A stretch of 64,000 nucleotides of DNA from an uncultured Mycoplasmatota bacterium (GCA_949288035.1 CASEIJ010000031.1:13929-77928), one strand, 5' to 3'; counted from the stretch's first letter, positions 40,188 to 50,487 are shown. Notes: generated by a model from the sequence alone, not told the origin. Numbers and translations are program-made.

Positions 40188-41206
40188 AAAGAATAGAATA
40201 TTTAAAAGATCGCTTCTTTTATCTTTTTAGTATTTTTCTCTTTCTCATATTCATGATATGGTTATTTTATATTTTTAAAATTAATTTCTTATGTGCCTTT
40301 TTAATTATTTTTTTCTTCTTATTTATCTTTGTTTTTTGGCTTTTCTACGATTATTGGAAGCGTAAACAATTTTACGATGGTGTAATGGACAAGTTAAATC
40401 GCTTACCACAAAAGTATTTATTGGTAGAATTAATGGAACAACCTTCTTTTTTAGAAGGAGAATTATTATATCGAATTTTAATAGAAACAGATAAAGATAT
40501 GAATGAACATATTAAAACTTATGAAAGAAAATTAAAACAATTTAAAGAATATTTAGAAATGTGGGTTCATGAAGTAAAGACACCACTTGCTCGTAGTTTT
40601 TTATTATTACCGAAAAATGAGAAATTAAAAGAATTAGAAAAAGCATTGGTAGAGATTGAAAATAATGTAGATCAAGTGTTATACTATGCTCGTTCAGAAG
40701 TTACTGAGAAAGACTATTATATTCATCCCACTCATTTACAAACAGTGGTAAATAAGGTGATGGTTAAAAATCAAGATGCTTTTATTTATGGAAAAGTACA
40801 ATTGGAATTAAAAGATCTAGATATTACTGTCAATACGGATTCAAAATGGTTAGAATTTATCTTAAATCAATTCATTCAAAATAGTTTAAAATATCGTAAA
40901 GAAAAAGGGACTCGTATTAAAATATCACAAGAAAAACATAAAGATGAGATTTATTTATCAGTATGGGATAATGGCATTGGTATTAAAAAGTCTGAACTTC
41001 CAAGAGTATTTGATCAAAGTTTTACAGGGAGTAATGGACGATTGGGAAAAGCGTCAACTGGTATGGGACTTTATATTTGTAAAAACTTATGTGAAAAATT
41101 AGGACATCAAATTATGATTACCTCAAAAGAAAATGAATATACAAAAGTTACGATTATATTTGGTAAAAATAATTATTATGATGTATTAGAAAGAGGGAAA
41201 TTATGA
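40184..41206 (+). CDS. Intramembrane-sensing histidine kinase (BceS-like)
   Basis: Two N-terminal TM helices with minimal loop. H-box 'WVHEVKTPLA'. ATPase 'DNGIGI' and 'GMGLYICK'. Confidence 0.85.
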   Translation: MKRIEYLKDRFFYLFSIFLFLIFMIWLFYIFKINFLCAFLIIFFFLFIFVFWLFYDYWKRKQFYDGVMDKLNRLPQKYLLVELMEQPSFLEGELLYRILIETDKDMNEHIKTYERKLKQFKEYLEMWVHEVKTPLARSFLLLPKNEKLKELEKALVEIENNVDQVLYYARSEVTEKDYYIHPTHLQTVVNKVMVKNQDAFIYGKVQLELKDLDITVNTDSKWLEFILNQFIQNSLKYRKEKGTRIKISQEKHKDEIYLSVWDNGIGIKKSELPRVFDQSFTGSNGRLGKASTGMGLYICKNLCEKLGHQIMITSKENEYTKVTIIFGKNNYYDVLERGKL

Positions 41207-41694
41207 AACAGATTATTTACGATAGTAATACAGGAAATACAGAGTTATTAGCCACTAAGATCTATCAATTATATCCAGATAGTATCATTTCTCGTATCGA
41301 TCAAACAAAAGAAGTCATTGGCGATATCTTATATTTAGGTAGTTGGTGTGATAAAGGAAATATGACAGAAGCCATGCAGCATTTGGTACATACTTTACAC
41401 CATAAAAAGATATTTGTATTTGGAACTTGTGGGTTTGGTAAAGATCAAAATTACTTTGATATGATTGCTAAAAGAATGATATCTTCTATTCCAAATGATA
41501 ATGAAGTAATTGGTTATTTTATTTGTCAAGGAAAAATTGATCCGAAGTTTCAAAAGAAATACGAAGACATGTTAAAGGATGAGAAAACAAGAAAACAAGC
41601 TGAGATCATGTTAGATAACTTTAAGCTTGCTGAATCACACCCTGATCATGATGATTTGCAAGCTTTAGAAAATAAATTAAAAACATATGAATAA
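41203..41694 (+). CDS. Flavodoxin-like fold protein
   Basis: 'MKQIIYDSNTGNTELLA' resembles the flavodoxin N-terminal phosphate-binding loop (T/S-x-T-G-x-T). 163 aa. Confidence 0.5.
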   Translation: MKQIIYDSNTGNTELLATKIYQLYPDSIISRIDQTKEVIGDILYLGSWCDKGNMTEAMQHLVHTLHHKKIFVFGTCGFGKDQNYFDMIAKRMISSIPNDNEVIGYFICQGKIDPKFQKKYEDMLKDEKTRKQAEIMLDNFKLAESHPDHDDLQALENKLKTYE

Positions 41695-43858
41695 TGATTT
41701 AATGATCATTAAGAAGTATTATGGTGAGAAAATGAGTCATTTATGTCGGACTCTTTTTCCTACTATATTAGAAGAAAAGGGGTTATTACCACAGTTATTA
41801 TTCAGTCATTTTCATCCAAGTAGATTTTTATATCATGATATCGTAAAACAAAAGAAAGAAACTGCATTTCAATTATTTATAAACGAACAATTACCGCAGA
41901 ATTATATTCAAAAGAAAACGATGACTAAAACACCTAAAGAATTATTAAACGAAGTAGGTTACGATTTGTTTGAATGTCATAGTGAAGAAGAGATACAATC
42001 ATTTCGTAAATACTATCAGCCAGGAGAAGAATTGTGTACGTTTGCTGGAGGTAGATTAAAAAATTGTTATGTCTTTTTTGCTGTGAAACAAGATGTTGAT
42101 GATATCAAAAGAGAAGATTTTATTCATCCAGAAAGAGATGATTTATATGGTACTTCTGTTTTAAGTATTCAATTTACTAGAAATGATGCGCACTGTCTTT
42201 CTATTAAAAATCGATATAATGATATCGTTAAAAATCCTGACGCTACATTTTCCAATAATTTAGATTATATTATACCAGGATTAACAGAAAGCTTTGCGGA
42301 TACTTATGGTATGGTTCAAAAAAGTTTTCATTCAGCATTTGATTTAGAAGGCTATGTCATAGCAGAAGATGGAAAGTTTTATAAATATAATTATGAGATT
42401 AATAATACTTATTATTGTACAGATAATATTATAATTGATGGCAATCGAAAAGTAATTCACTATCCGAAAGAACGTTATATCATTTTTGATTACTTTATTT
42501 TAGATATGAAAGAAAAGAAAATCGAATTATTTGATTCACGAATACAGGATAGTTTGATTCATACAATTGGGATATTTGATAAAGTGGAGGTTCAAAATCA
42601 ACAAGACGGTAAAATACTTTCTTTTTATCAAAATAATCATGAAAAGATAAAGATTCAGTTAAATGAAACACAAAATCTTATATTTTATCAAAATTTATTA
42701 CAAACGGAATTAGATGATTGGTTCTTGTATTATGATCTTTCTTTGGAAGAAATGAATTGTCCCAATGTAGAAAAGATCGGAAATAAAGTTTTGACGAATA
42801 ATCGTGGTTGTAAGTCATTATCTTTTCCTAAATTAATTTCAGTTGGGAATCATTTTATGAGTGAAAATCATATTTTGAAATCTTTTCAAGCATTGAGATT
42901 AGAATCGGTAGGGGATTACTTCTTGCAAAGTAATTTTAAATTAGAATCATTATCTTTTCCTAATTTAGAATATATTGGGAATCGCTTTTTAATATATCAT
43001 TACAAGTTTAAGGAATTATCTTTTCCATCCCTTCGTGAAGTAGGGGATAATTTTATGAATTCTAGTTATTTAGTTGAAAGAGTTAATATGCCTCATATTG
43101 TACGTATTGGCAATAAGTTTTTAGCTCATAATACGGAATTAAAGGATATGTATGCACCTATGTTGTGCAACATCGGTAATAACTTCTTAGATCAAATTAA
43201 AGCCATGAATGAGGTATCATTCCCTAAATTAGAACGTGTAGGAAATTCTTTTCTCGAACAATTAGAAACTACAAATATGCTAGTTTTACCAAGTCTTATA
43301 TCTATGGGGAATCAATGCTTGAAAGAGTTAAAGAAACCTCAAATTACTTCCTTTCCAGAATTAAAGAAAGTAGGGAATCACTTTTTATATGGCTCTAAAA
43401 TAATTTCTATAGATGCTCCAAAACTAGAAATAGTAGGAAACAATGTACTCACTTTCGCAACGCAATTACAAGTATTAAAAACTCCATTATTAACTGTAGT
43501 AGGAGACCATTTTTGTAAGTATTCTACTTCTTTAATGAATACAGACTTTTCAAGTTTACATCAAGTAGGAGATCATTTTATGGACGCAAATACAGTGTTG
43601 TGTCTCTTATATTGTCCACAATTAGAATATGTTGGTAGTTATTTTTTATCTCATAATAAAAGACTTGAAGATGTATATATTCCAGAATTACTCTTTCACG
43701 GGCAACATTTCTTAGAACAATTTTTATATGATGATTCGGTATCTAATATTGAAGAAAAATCAGCTTATCATACAATGTATGGTTATTCTATCATTGATAT
43801 CGAAGATAAAGTGCATACAGAGAAAAAATATATCAAGACGTTTTCAAAACAGAAATAA
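41687..43858 (+). CDS. Cytoplasmic protein with about 18 tandem 22-aa leucine-rich (BspA/LRR_5-like) repeats
   Basis: C-terminal half is periodic: 'SFPNLEYIGNRFLIYHYKFKEL / SFPSLREVGDNFMNSSYLVERV / NMPHIVRIGNKFLAHNTELKDM ...' (consensus xFPxLxxVGNxFLxxNxxLxxh). No signal peptide. N-terminal ~350 aa unknown. Confidence 0.6.
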   Translation: MNNDLMIIKKYYGEKMSHLCRTLFPTILEEKGLLPQLLFSHFHPSRFLYHDIVKQKKETAFQLFINEQLPQNYIQKKTMTKTPKELLNEVGYDLFECHSEEEIQSFRKYYQPGEELCTFAGGRLKNCYVFFAVKQDVDDIKREDFIHPERDDLYGTSVLSIQFTRNDAHCLSIKNRYNDIVKNPDATFSNNLDYIIPGLTESFADTYGMVQKSFHSAFDLEGYVIAEDGKFYKYNYEINNTYYCTDNIIIDGNRKVIHYPKERYIIFDYFILDMKEKKIELFDSRIQDSLIHTIGIFDKVEVQNQQDGKILSFYQNNHEKIKIQLNETQNLIFYQNLLQTELDDWFLYYDLSLEEMNCPNVEKIGNKVLTNNRGCKSLSFPKLISVGNHFMSENHILKSFQALRLESVGDYFLQSNFKLESLSFPNLEYIGNRFLIYHYKFKELSFPSLREVGDNFMNSSYLVERVNMPHIVRIGNKFLAHNTELKDMYAPMLCNIGNNFLDQIKAMNEVSFPKLERVGNSFLEQLETTNMLVLPSLISMGNQCLKELKKPQITSFPELKKVGNHFLYGSKIISIDAPKLEIVGNNVLTFATQLQVLKTPLLTVVGDHFCKYSTSLMNTDFSSLHQVGDHFMDANTVLCLLYCPQLEYVGSYFLSHNKRLEDVYIPELLFHGQHFLEQFLYDDSVSNIEEKSAYHTMYGYSIIDIEDKVHTEKKYIKTFSKQK

Positions 43859-43885
43859 AACCTTACAATTTTGTAAGGTTTTGTT
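43857..43885 (+). terminator. Rho-independent terminator
   Basis: 'aaaccttacaa'/'ttgtaaggtttt' hairpin plus T-run. Confidence 0.6.
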
Positions 43886-43946
43886 ATATCAATGAATGGT
43901 AAAATAAAAGTGAAATGTTTATACTGAAAGCAGAAAGGGTGATTTT

Positions 43947-44714
43947 ATGGAATCTGTTTTAAAAATAGAACATATTGAAAAATATTATGGAAATAAAGGA
44001 AACTTAACAAAAGCGATTGATGATATATCGTTTGATGTTGAAAAACAAGAATTTGTTGCGATTATGGGAGCAAGTGGAAGTGGTAAAACAACACTTTTGA
44101 ATTGTATTTCAACGATCGATCGTGTTACTAGTGGACACATTTATATGAACGGAGAAGATATTACAAAATTAAAAGGGAATGCTTTAAATCGTTTTCGCCG
44201 TGAAGAATTAGGATTTATATTTCAAGACTTCAATTTACTTGATACTTTAACTGCTTATGAGAATATCGCTCTAGCTTTAACCATTCAAGGAGAGAAAAGT
44301 AAAAATATTGAAAAGAAAGTATTGGCGATTGCTAAAAAATTGAATATTGTTGATGTATTGAAAAAATATCCATATCAAATGAGTGGGGGACAAAAACAGA
44401 GAGTAGCAAGCGCTAGAGCAATGATTACAAATCCAATGTTAGTACTTGCTGATGAACCAACAGGAGCATTAGATAGTAAATCAGCACGTATGTTACTTGA
44501 AAATTTTGAATATTTAAACAAAGAATTAAAAGCAACTATTTTAATGGTAACTCATGATGCTTTTACAGCGAGTTATGCTTCCCGTGTTATTTTTATTAAA
44601 GATGGCAAATTATTTCATGAATTACGTCGTGGAGATGATACAAGAAAAGAATTTTTCGATAAAATTATCGATGTTGTTACCCTCTTAGGAGGTGACTTAA
44701 ACGATGTTATTTAA
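43947..44714 (+). CDS. ABC transporter ATP-binding protein (BceA-like)
   Basis: 'GASGSGKTT', 'MSGGQKQRVASARA' and 'LADEPTGALD'. Confidence 0.85.
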   Translation: MESVLKIEHIEKYYGNKGNLTKAIDDISFDVEKQEFVAIMGASGSGKTTLLNCISTIDRVTSGHIYMNGEDITKLKGNALNRFRREELGFIFQDFNLLDTLTAYENIALALTIQGEKSKNIEKKVLAIAKKLNIVDVLKKYPYQMSGGQKQRVASARAMITNPMLVLADEPTGALDSKSARMLLENFEYLNKELKATILMVTHDAFTASYASRVIFIKDGKLFHELRRGDDTRKEFFDKIIDVVTLLGGDLNDVI

Positions 44715-46770
44715 ACTATCTATAAAAAATATGAAAAAAAGTATGAAAGATTATGCAATATACTTTTTTACATTGATCTTAGGTGTTTCTATTTTCTATA
44801 TTTTTAATTCCATGGAAACACAAACGGTATTTTTAAATGTAACATCTAGTACGAGAGAAATTATTCAACTCATGATTGGAATGTTATCTGGTGTGAGTGT
44901 ATTTGTATCTTTTATATTAGGATTTTTAATTATATATGCAAATCAATTTTTAATGAAACGAAGAAAAAAAGAATTTGCTATTTATATGACTTTAGGAATG
45001 AGTAAGAGAAAAATATCTCAAGTATTATTAATTGAAACTCTTTTAATTGGTACGATATCATTAATTATCGGATTATTTTTAGGAGTAGGATTGTCCCAAT
45101 TTATGTCTGTATTGGTCGCTAATTTATTTGAAGCAGATCTATCAGAATTTACTTTTGTTTTTTCACAAGAAGCAATGTTAAAAACACTTGTTTATTTTGG
45201 TATCATGTATCTATTAGTCATGGTATTTAATACAATTTCAGTCGGTCGTTGCAAATTAATTGATTTATTGCAGGCAAATAAAAAGAGTGAAAAAGTAAAG
45301 TTAAAAAATCCGATTATATGTACGATTTTGTTCATACTATCTGTAGGTGCTTTAGCATACTGTTATTACCAAGTTACAGCCAATGCTATGACATTAAATA
45401 TTTCAAGTATTGGTAAATTAATGATTGTGGGAGCTATATCAACATTCTGTTTATTCTGGTCTTTATCTGGTATTTTATTAAAAATATTGATGTCTCTGAA
45501 ACGTCTGTATTATAAAAATTTAAATATGTTTGTATTAAGACAATTAGCTAGTAAAGTAAATACAACTGTATTTTCAATGACAGTAATTTCCCTGATGTTA
45601 TTTTTAACGATAGGTATTTTATCTAGTGCCTTATCATTAAAAAATTCTATGACAGCTAATTTAAAAGAATTAGCACCAATTGATTTTCAAGCTTCTAAAG
45701 AATGGGATTTATATCATATTCCTGCTGATAATCAACGACAATATGTTTATACAGAAGAAGAAAAACAAGATTCTTTAGTTCCTATCACAGAGACTTTTAA
45801 GAAATTAAATATCAAAGAATCATACTTTAAAGACGTGGTTGTCTCTCATTATTATGGAACAGATGAAGTAACATATGAAGAGACTTTAGGAACAAAAAGA
45901 GAATATGTCTCACAAAATTTTCCAGCAATCCATTGGGATTATCGTGAATTAATGATGTCAATTAGTGAATATAATGAGCTAGCTAAATTATTGGGAAGTC
46001 CAACTTATCAATTAAAGAATGATGAGTATATTGTAATTGCTGATTTTGATCAGATGGTATCAATTCGAGATGAAATTTTAAAGGAAAAACCTGATTTAAC
46101 GTTTGGTGGTAAAACGTATCATTCAAAATATGATCATACTGTAGAAGGGTTTACAGAAATGAGTTCTAACCATATTAATACAGGAATTTATATTGTTCCA
46201 GATGATGCAGTCAATCAATCTATGTTAATGGAAGAAATCTTTTCAGCAAACTATCATGCCGATACGAAAGAAGGAAAATATGAGATTGAAAATGCCATTC
46301 AAGAACCAGCAGGAGAAGGATATGATGAAGGACTTACAACATTAAATGCAACTAGTAAAATATCTATCTATGAAGCAAGTGTAGGACTTGGAGCAATGGT
46401 TACCTTTATTGGTTTATATCTAGGAATTATCTTCTTGATATCGAGTGCTGCAATTCTAGCTTTGAAGGAATTATCTGAAAGCTCTGATAATAAAGATCGT
46501 TATATGATTCTAAGAAGAATTGGTACAGATGAAAAGATGATACGTCATGCTTTGTTTTTACAGATTGCATGTTTCTTCCTATTACCATTGATTGTGGCAA
46601 TGATACATTCAATTTTCGGAATTCAATTCGCCAATATTATCTTATCAACTTTTGGAGATGAACAACTTTTACCATCTATTATTATGACAGCAATTTTCTT
46701 AGTGGCCATTTATGGTGGATATTTTATGATTACTTATTTCTGTAGCAAAAATATTATTAAAGAAAAATAA
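44704..46770 (+). CDS. ABC transporter permease, FtsX-like (BceB-like, 10 TM with large extracellular loop)
   Basis: 688 aa. 4 TM, then a ~200 aa hydrophilic loop, then 6 TM. Overlaps the ATPase gene. Confidence 0.8.
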   Translation: MLFKLSIKNMKKSMKDYAIYFFTLILGVSIFYIFNSMETQTVFLNVTSSTREIIQLMIGMLSGVSVFVSFILGFLIIYANQFLMKRRKKEFAIYMTLGMSKRKISQVLLIETLLIGTISLIIGLFLGVGLSQFMSVLVANLFEADLSEFTFVFSQEAMLKTLVYFGIMYLLVMVFNTISVGRCKLIDLLQANKKSEKVKLKNPIICTILFILSVGALAYCYYQVTANAMTLNISSIGKLMIVGAISTFCLFWSLSGILLKILMSLKRLYYKNLNMFVLRQLASKVNTTVFSMTVISLMLFLTIGILSSALSLKNSMTANLKELAPIDFQASKEWDLYHIPADNQRQYVYTEEEKQDSLVPITETFKKLNIKESYFKDVVVSHYYGTDEVTYEETLGTKREYVSQNFPAIHWDYRELMMSISEYNELAKLLGSPTYQLKNDEYIVIADFDQMVSIRDEILKEKPDLTFGGKTYHSKYDHTVEGFTEMSSNHINTGIYIVPDDAVNQSMLMEEIFSANYHADTKEGKYEIENAIQEPAGEGYDEGLTTLNATSKISIYEASVGLGAMVTFIGLYLGIIFLISSAAILALKELSESSDNKDRYMILRRIGTDEKMIRHALFLQIACFFLLPLIVAMIHSIFGIQFANIILSTFGDEQLLPSIIMTAIFLVAIYGGYFMITYFCSKNIIKEK

Positions 46771-46785
46771 GAGGGGAGTGAAAGC

Positions 46786-47907
46786 ATGGATAGTTATCTA
46801 GAAGCAATTCAAACATCAGTATTATTTTTCCCATTGATTGCATTGTTATTTACAACTCCCTATATGATTAGTCAGTACCATAAGTATGGAGCAATCCATA
46901 CTTTTCGTACTTTGATTATTTATTCCTTTATTTTATATTTATTAACTGCTTATTTTTTAGTTATTTTACCACTACCAACCATTTCAGAAGTAGCACAATT
47001 AACAACACCACGTACACAGCTTATTCCTTTTTCTTTTATTGCTGATTTTATCACACATACCTCATTTCAATGGAATGATCCAAGTACTTATTTACAAGCA
47101 TTGAAAGAACCTTATTTTTATCAAGTAATTTACAATTTAATATTAACGATTCCCTTTGGAATTTATTTACGTTATTATTTTAAGTGTAATTTCAAAAAGA
47201 CTGTATTATTTACATTTTGTTTAACCTTATTTTTTGAAGTAACACAACTTACTGGTTTATATGGAATTTATCCTAGAAATTATCGTTTATTTGATGTTGA
47301 TGATTTAATGATTAATACATTAGGAGGAGTAGTTGGTTATTTTCTAGCTGGTATGTTACAGAAAGTTATTCCGACACGTGATCGAATTGATATAGAGTCA
47401 TATCAACTTGGAAAACATGTATCTCCATTACGTCGTATGATTACTTTTGGTTGTGATAGTTTCCTTTATTTTATATTTGTAATTGGATACACAATTGGTA
47501 TGAATCCAAGACATAGTTTTCTAATTATGTTTTTGGTTTATTATTTTATATTACCATTGTGTTTAAACGGACAAACTATTGCTGAAAAATTTTTTCATTT
47601 ACAAATTGTCACTACAGATCACTTAGAAGTCGTAAAGAAAAATTGGATACTTCGTCGTATTTTATTTTATCTTTTATATTTTGTTTTCACATTTTTACTA
47701 GCATTTTTATATGTTCAAATTACTGATTTCTTTAAGATGACAAATATGGTTTCTTGGGCATTTGGTTTTTGTTGTATGATGATTATAGTCGTATTTTATT
47801 GTTATTCTTTCATTCGCTTTTTCTTTTTTCACAAACCTCTTTTATATGAGACAATGAGTCATACAGCATACAAAAGTACAATTCCAGTCGAAGAAGATAA
47901 CACATAA
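46786..47907 (+). CDS. VanZ-like family membrane protein (with extra C-terminal TM domain)
   Basis: 'GLYGIYPRNYRLFDVDDLMINTLGGVVGYFLA' VanZ signature. Additional C-terminal multi-TM region. Confidence 0.6.
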   Translation: MDSYLEAIQTSVLFFPLIALLFTTPYMISQYHKYGAIHTFRTLIIYSFILYLLTAYFLVILPLPTISEVAQLTTPRTQLIPFSFIADFITHTSFQWNDPSTYLQALKEPYFYQVIYNLILTIPFGIYLRYYFKCNFKKTVLFTFCLTLFFEVTQLTGLYGIYPRNYRLFDVDDLMINTLGGVVGYFLAGMLQKVIPTRDRIDIESYQLGKHVSPLRRMITFGCDSFLYFIFVIGYTIGMNPRHSFLIMFLVYYFILPLCLNGQTIAEKFFHLQIVTTDHLEVVKKNWILRRILFYLLYFVFTFLLAFLYVQITDFFKMTNMVSWAFGFCCMMIIVVFYCYSFIRFFFFHKPLLYETMSHTAYKSTIPVEEDNT

Positions 47908-47927
47908 AAAAAGACATAGTATGTCTT

Positions 47928-48365
47928 TTATAAAAACTTTTTCAATGCCTTGATATTGTCTTGTTGAAATTGATAAAAATCTTTCGCCCATTTCATGTTT
48001 TCTTTGTCAACATTATCTTTATATACATCTATTTTCTTTTCCATATCGATACTTCCCATACTAATACCTTTGATTAACATATCAGCAATAGAAGCATCAC
48101 TATTATCAGCCATTACTTCTTTTGTAATTCCCATTTTAGCGCCCATTTTAGCCATCAATCCTTCTTCTTTTAAATCTCCATCTAATGTTAATATTTTTTC
48201 TTTTGTTTCATCACGATAACGTTCATATCCTTTTAAAATATCTTCACATGGTTTTATGATTTTATTATCTTTTCCGTTTAATTTTGAGAGTAGTTCTTCT
48301 AATGTATAAGAAGCCATGGAAGCGTCTTTATAAATGTATTCTAATAGTTTAATGTTTTCATTCAT
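47928..48365 (-). CDS. Hypothetical protein
   Basis: ATG preceded by 'aaaggaa'. Soluble, Lys/Asp-rich. Shares a bidirectional terminator at 47906-47931. Confidence 0.45.
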   Translation of the reverse strand: MNENIKLLEYIYKDASMASYTLEELLSKLNGKDNKIIKPCEDILKGYERYRDETKEKILTLDGDLKEEGLMAKMGAKMGITKEVMADNSDASIADMLIKGISMGSIDMEKKIDVYKDNVDKENMKWAKDFYQFQQDNIKALKKFL

Positions 48366-48467
48366 ATTCTCATTCCTTTCTTTGATATTATGTGAAAAGA
48401 ATGATAAATTATACAAAATAGAACATGAAAAAAATAGATTGTGAAAATCTATTTTTTAATATTTATA

Positions 48468-48635
48468 CTAATGTTGGTTACAACCGCCGCAGGCACGAGC
48501 ACCGATAACGATTACTAATAAAATAAATAATACTAAAATAATTGCTGCACCATATCCAGTACCGTAACCGCCACCGTATCCTCCGCCATATGGAGCACCA
48601 CAGCCATAACCTTGATATCCGCCATAGTAGTACAT
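48468..48635 (-). CDS. Tiny Gly/Tyr-rich membrane protein, YjcZ-family sporulation-type protein (55 aa)
   Basis: Translation 'MYYYGGYQGYGCGAPYGGGYGGGYGTGYGAAIILVLFILLVIVIGARACGGCNQH'. RBS 'ggaggt' 6 nt upstream. Below the 60-aa ORF-track cutoff. Confidence 0.65.
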   Translation of the reverse strand: MYYYGGYQGYGCGAPYGGGYGGGYGTGYGAAIILVLFILLVIVIGARACGGCNQH

Positions 48636-48758
48636 TATTCATACCTCCTTTACTATATTTTACTCATCTTAGGTCATTTTGTTTATGATTAATACCCAAT
48701 TTTCAGATAAATAGATGAACTCTTTTCAAAAGTATGGTAAAATGATAAAAGGATAGAG

Positions 48759-49931
48759 GTGAGTACAATGAGATTAAAACGATTTATTTCTGATATGGAT
48801 AAACCGCTTTTATTTGCAACGATCTTTCTTTTTATTTTTGGTCTTTTAAATATTGTAACCGCCTCTAGTAGTGAAGCAGTGACTTCTGCAGTCCCACTTT
48901 ATTATTATTTTTACCGCCATTTAGCCATGATAGGTGCTGGTTTTATCCTTACAATCATTGTTTTAAATATGAAGACAAATAGATATAAACCATGGGCTAT
49001 TATAGGGTATGTTGCGATTGTTATGTTGCTAGCATATCTTAGTATGTATGGATCAGATCACCGTGGTAGTCGAAATTGGATTAATTTAGGATTTATGCAA
49101 TTCCAACCGAGTGAATTTGCAAAACCTGTTTTAATTGTTTGTTTAGCTTTGTTATTTGAAAAATATTATTATCGTTTACGAAGTAAAAAATATAAACATT
49201 GGGATATGATTGCAAAAATCGTTGTCATTGGTGGATTAATTCCTTTTATTGTATTTACCCAAAAAGACTTAGGGACGATGTTTATTTTATTTTCTATCTT
49301 TGCTGTTATGTTTTGGGTGAGTCCAATCTTGCCAAAAGAAAAGTTAAAAACGATTGGTCTAGTTTTAATTATTATCATTGTTGCAGTATGTGCGAAAATA
49401 GCAGTTTCTGGTCATATTTTATCAGATGCGCAAAAAAGTCGTTTTGATTTTTTTAATCCATGTAGTAAATATGAAACTGGAGGTTATCAAATTTGTAATG
49501 GTATTATTGCTATTAATGATGGTGGTTTAATGGGATTAGGAGCAGGGAAGAGCAAACAAAAGTATTCTTATATTCCTGAACCTCATACCGATAGTGTCTT
49601 TGCTATTATTGCAGAAGAAGAAGGGTTTTTAAAATGTAGTATTGTTTTCTTATTATATATTATCGTTTTATACCGTATTTTAAACTTGTCTGCGAAAGCA
49701 AATACTGTTCGTGGTAGATATATTTGTATTGGTGTAGCAATTTATATTTTTATGCATATATTTTTAAACTTAGGTGGTCTTTTTGGTGTCATTCCATTAA
49801 CCGGAGTACCATTACCATTTTTATCCTATGGAGGATCTTTTACCATTTCATTAATGGTTGCACTCGCAATGGTACAACGTGTCAGTGTTGAAACAAAAAG
49901 AGAAAAAATAAAAATTCCAACCTTAAAGTAG
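48759..49931 (+). CDS. FtsW/RodA/SpoVE family peptidoglycan glycosyltransferase
   Basis: 10-TM SEDS protein with 'GYQICNG', 'EPHTDSVFA' and 'PLPFLSYGGS' motifs. Confidence 0.85.
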   Translation: MSTMRLKRFISDMDKPLLFATIFLFIFGLLNIVTASSSEAVTSAVPLYYYFYRHLAMIGAGFILTIIVLNMKTNRYKPWAIIGYVAIVMLLAYLSMYGSDHRGSRNWINLGFMQFQPSEFAKPVLIVCLALLFEKYYYRLRSKKYKHWDMIAKIVVIGGLIPFIVFTQKDLGTMFILFSIFAVMFWVSPILPKEKLKTIGLVLIIIIVAVCAKIAVSGHILSDAQKSRFDFFNPCSKYETGGYQICNGIIAINDGGLMGLGAGKSKQKYSYIPEPHTDSVFAIIAEEEGFLKCSIVFLLYIIVLYRILNLSAKANTVRGRYICIGVAIYIFMHIFLNLGGLFGVIPLTGVPLPFLSYGGSFTISLMVALAMVQRVSVETKREKIKIPTLK

Positions 49932-49969
49932 CAGGACTTCCTACTACTTTTTTTGTATATAAAAAGTAG
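49928..49969 (+). repeat. 42-bp direct repeat copy 1 (terminator hairpin)
   Basis: 'gtagcaggacttcctactactttttttgtatataaaaagtag', identical to 50488-50529. Contains a GUAGCAGGA/UCCUACUAC hairpin plus U-run. Confidence 0.85.
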
Positions 49970-50002
49970 TAGGAAAACGGAAGGGGATGATATGATGTCC
50001 CA

Positions 50003-50377
50003 ATGACTGTTGTAGGAATGTTTGATATTTCTAAGTATACAAATAAAACGTGTTCTTCAACTGAAGTTATTTTATTTTTAGAAAGAAAGCAACATATTTT
50101 AGAACACCATCCAGAAGTTGCTAATTATCTTAATTGTATTCCTAATATATTAAAATACCCTGATTGTATATTTTGGGAGATAAATCGTGAATCCACGATT
50201 TGGTTAGTTAAGAAATTTGATAAAAATATTAAATTAACTGTAAAGCTTAATTTTTCTCAAAATAAGAATTTGAAAAATTCTATTATTCAAATGCAGATTA
50301 TGAGAGAGAGCGAAGTTGATAGAAATATTCGAAATGGTAATATTATAAAATTGTTTGATAAAAATAATCCCATATAG
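50003..50377 (+). CDS. Hypothetical 124-aa protein inside a direct-repeat-flanked insert
   Basis: ORF with RBS 'aaggggatga'. No recognisable motif. Confidence 0.45.
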   Translation: MTVVGMFDISKYTNKTCSSTEVILFLERKQHILEHHPEVANYLNCIPNILKYPDCIFWEINRESTIWLVKKFDKNIKLTVKLNFSQNKNLKNSIIQMQIMRESEVDRNIRNGNIIKLFDKNNPI

Positions 50378-50487
50378 TATACTATTAGTAGGAGAGGTGG
50401 ACAATTTCGGCACGTCCACACACCTTATGGGTCAAAAGAGATGAGGGAGAATGTGCCGCCCTCCTCCTAAAAAATATTTTTTATTTT

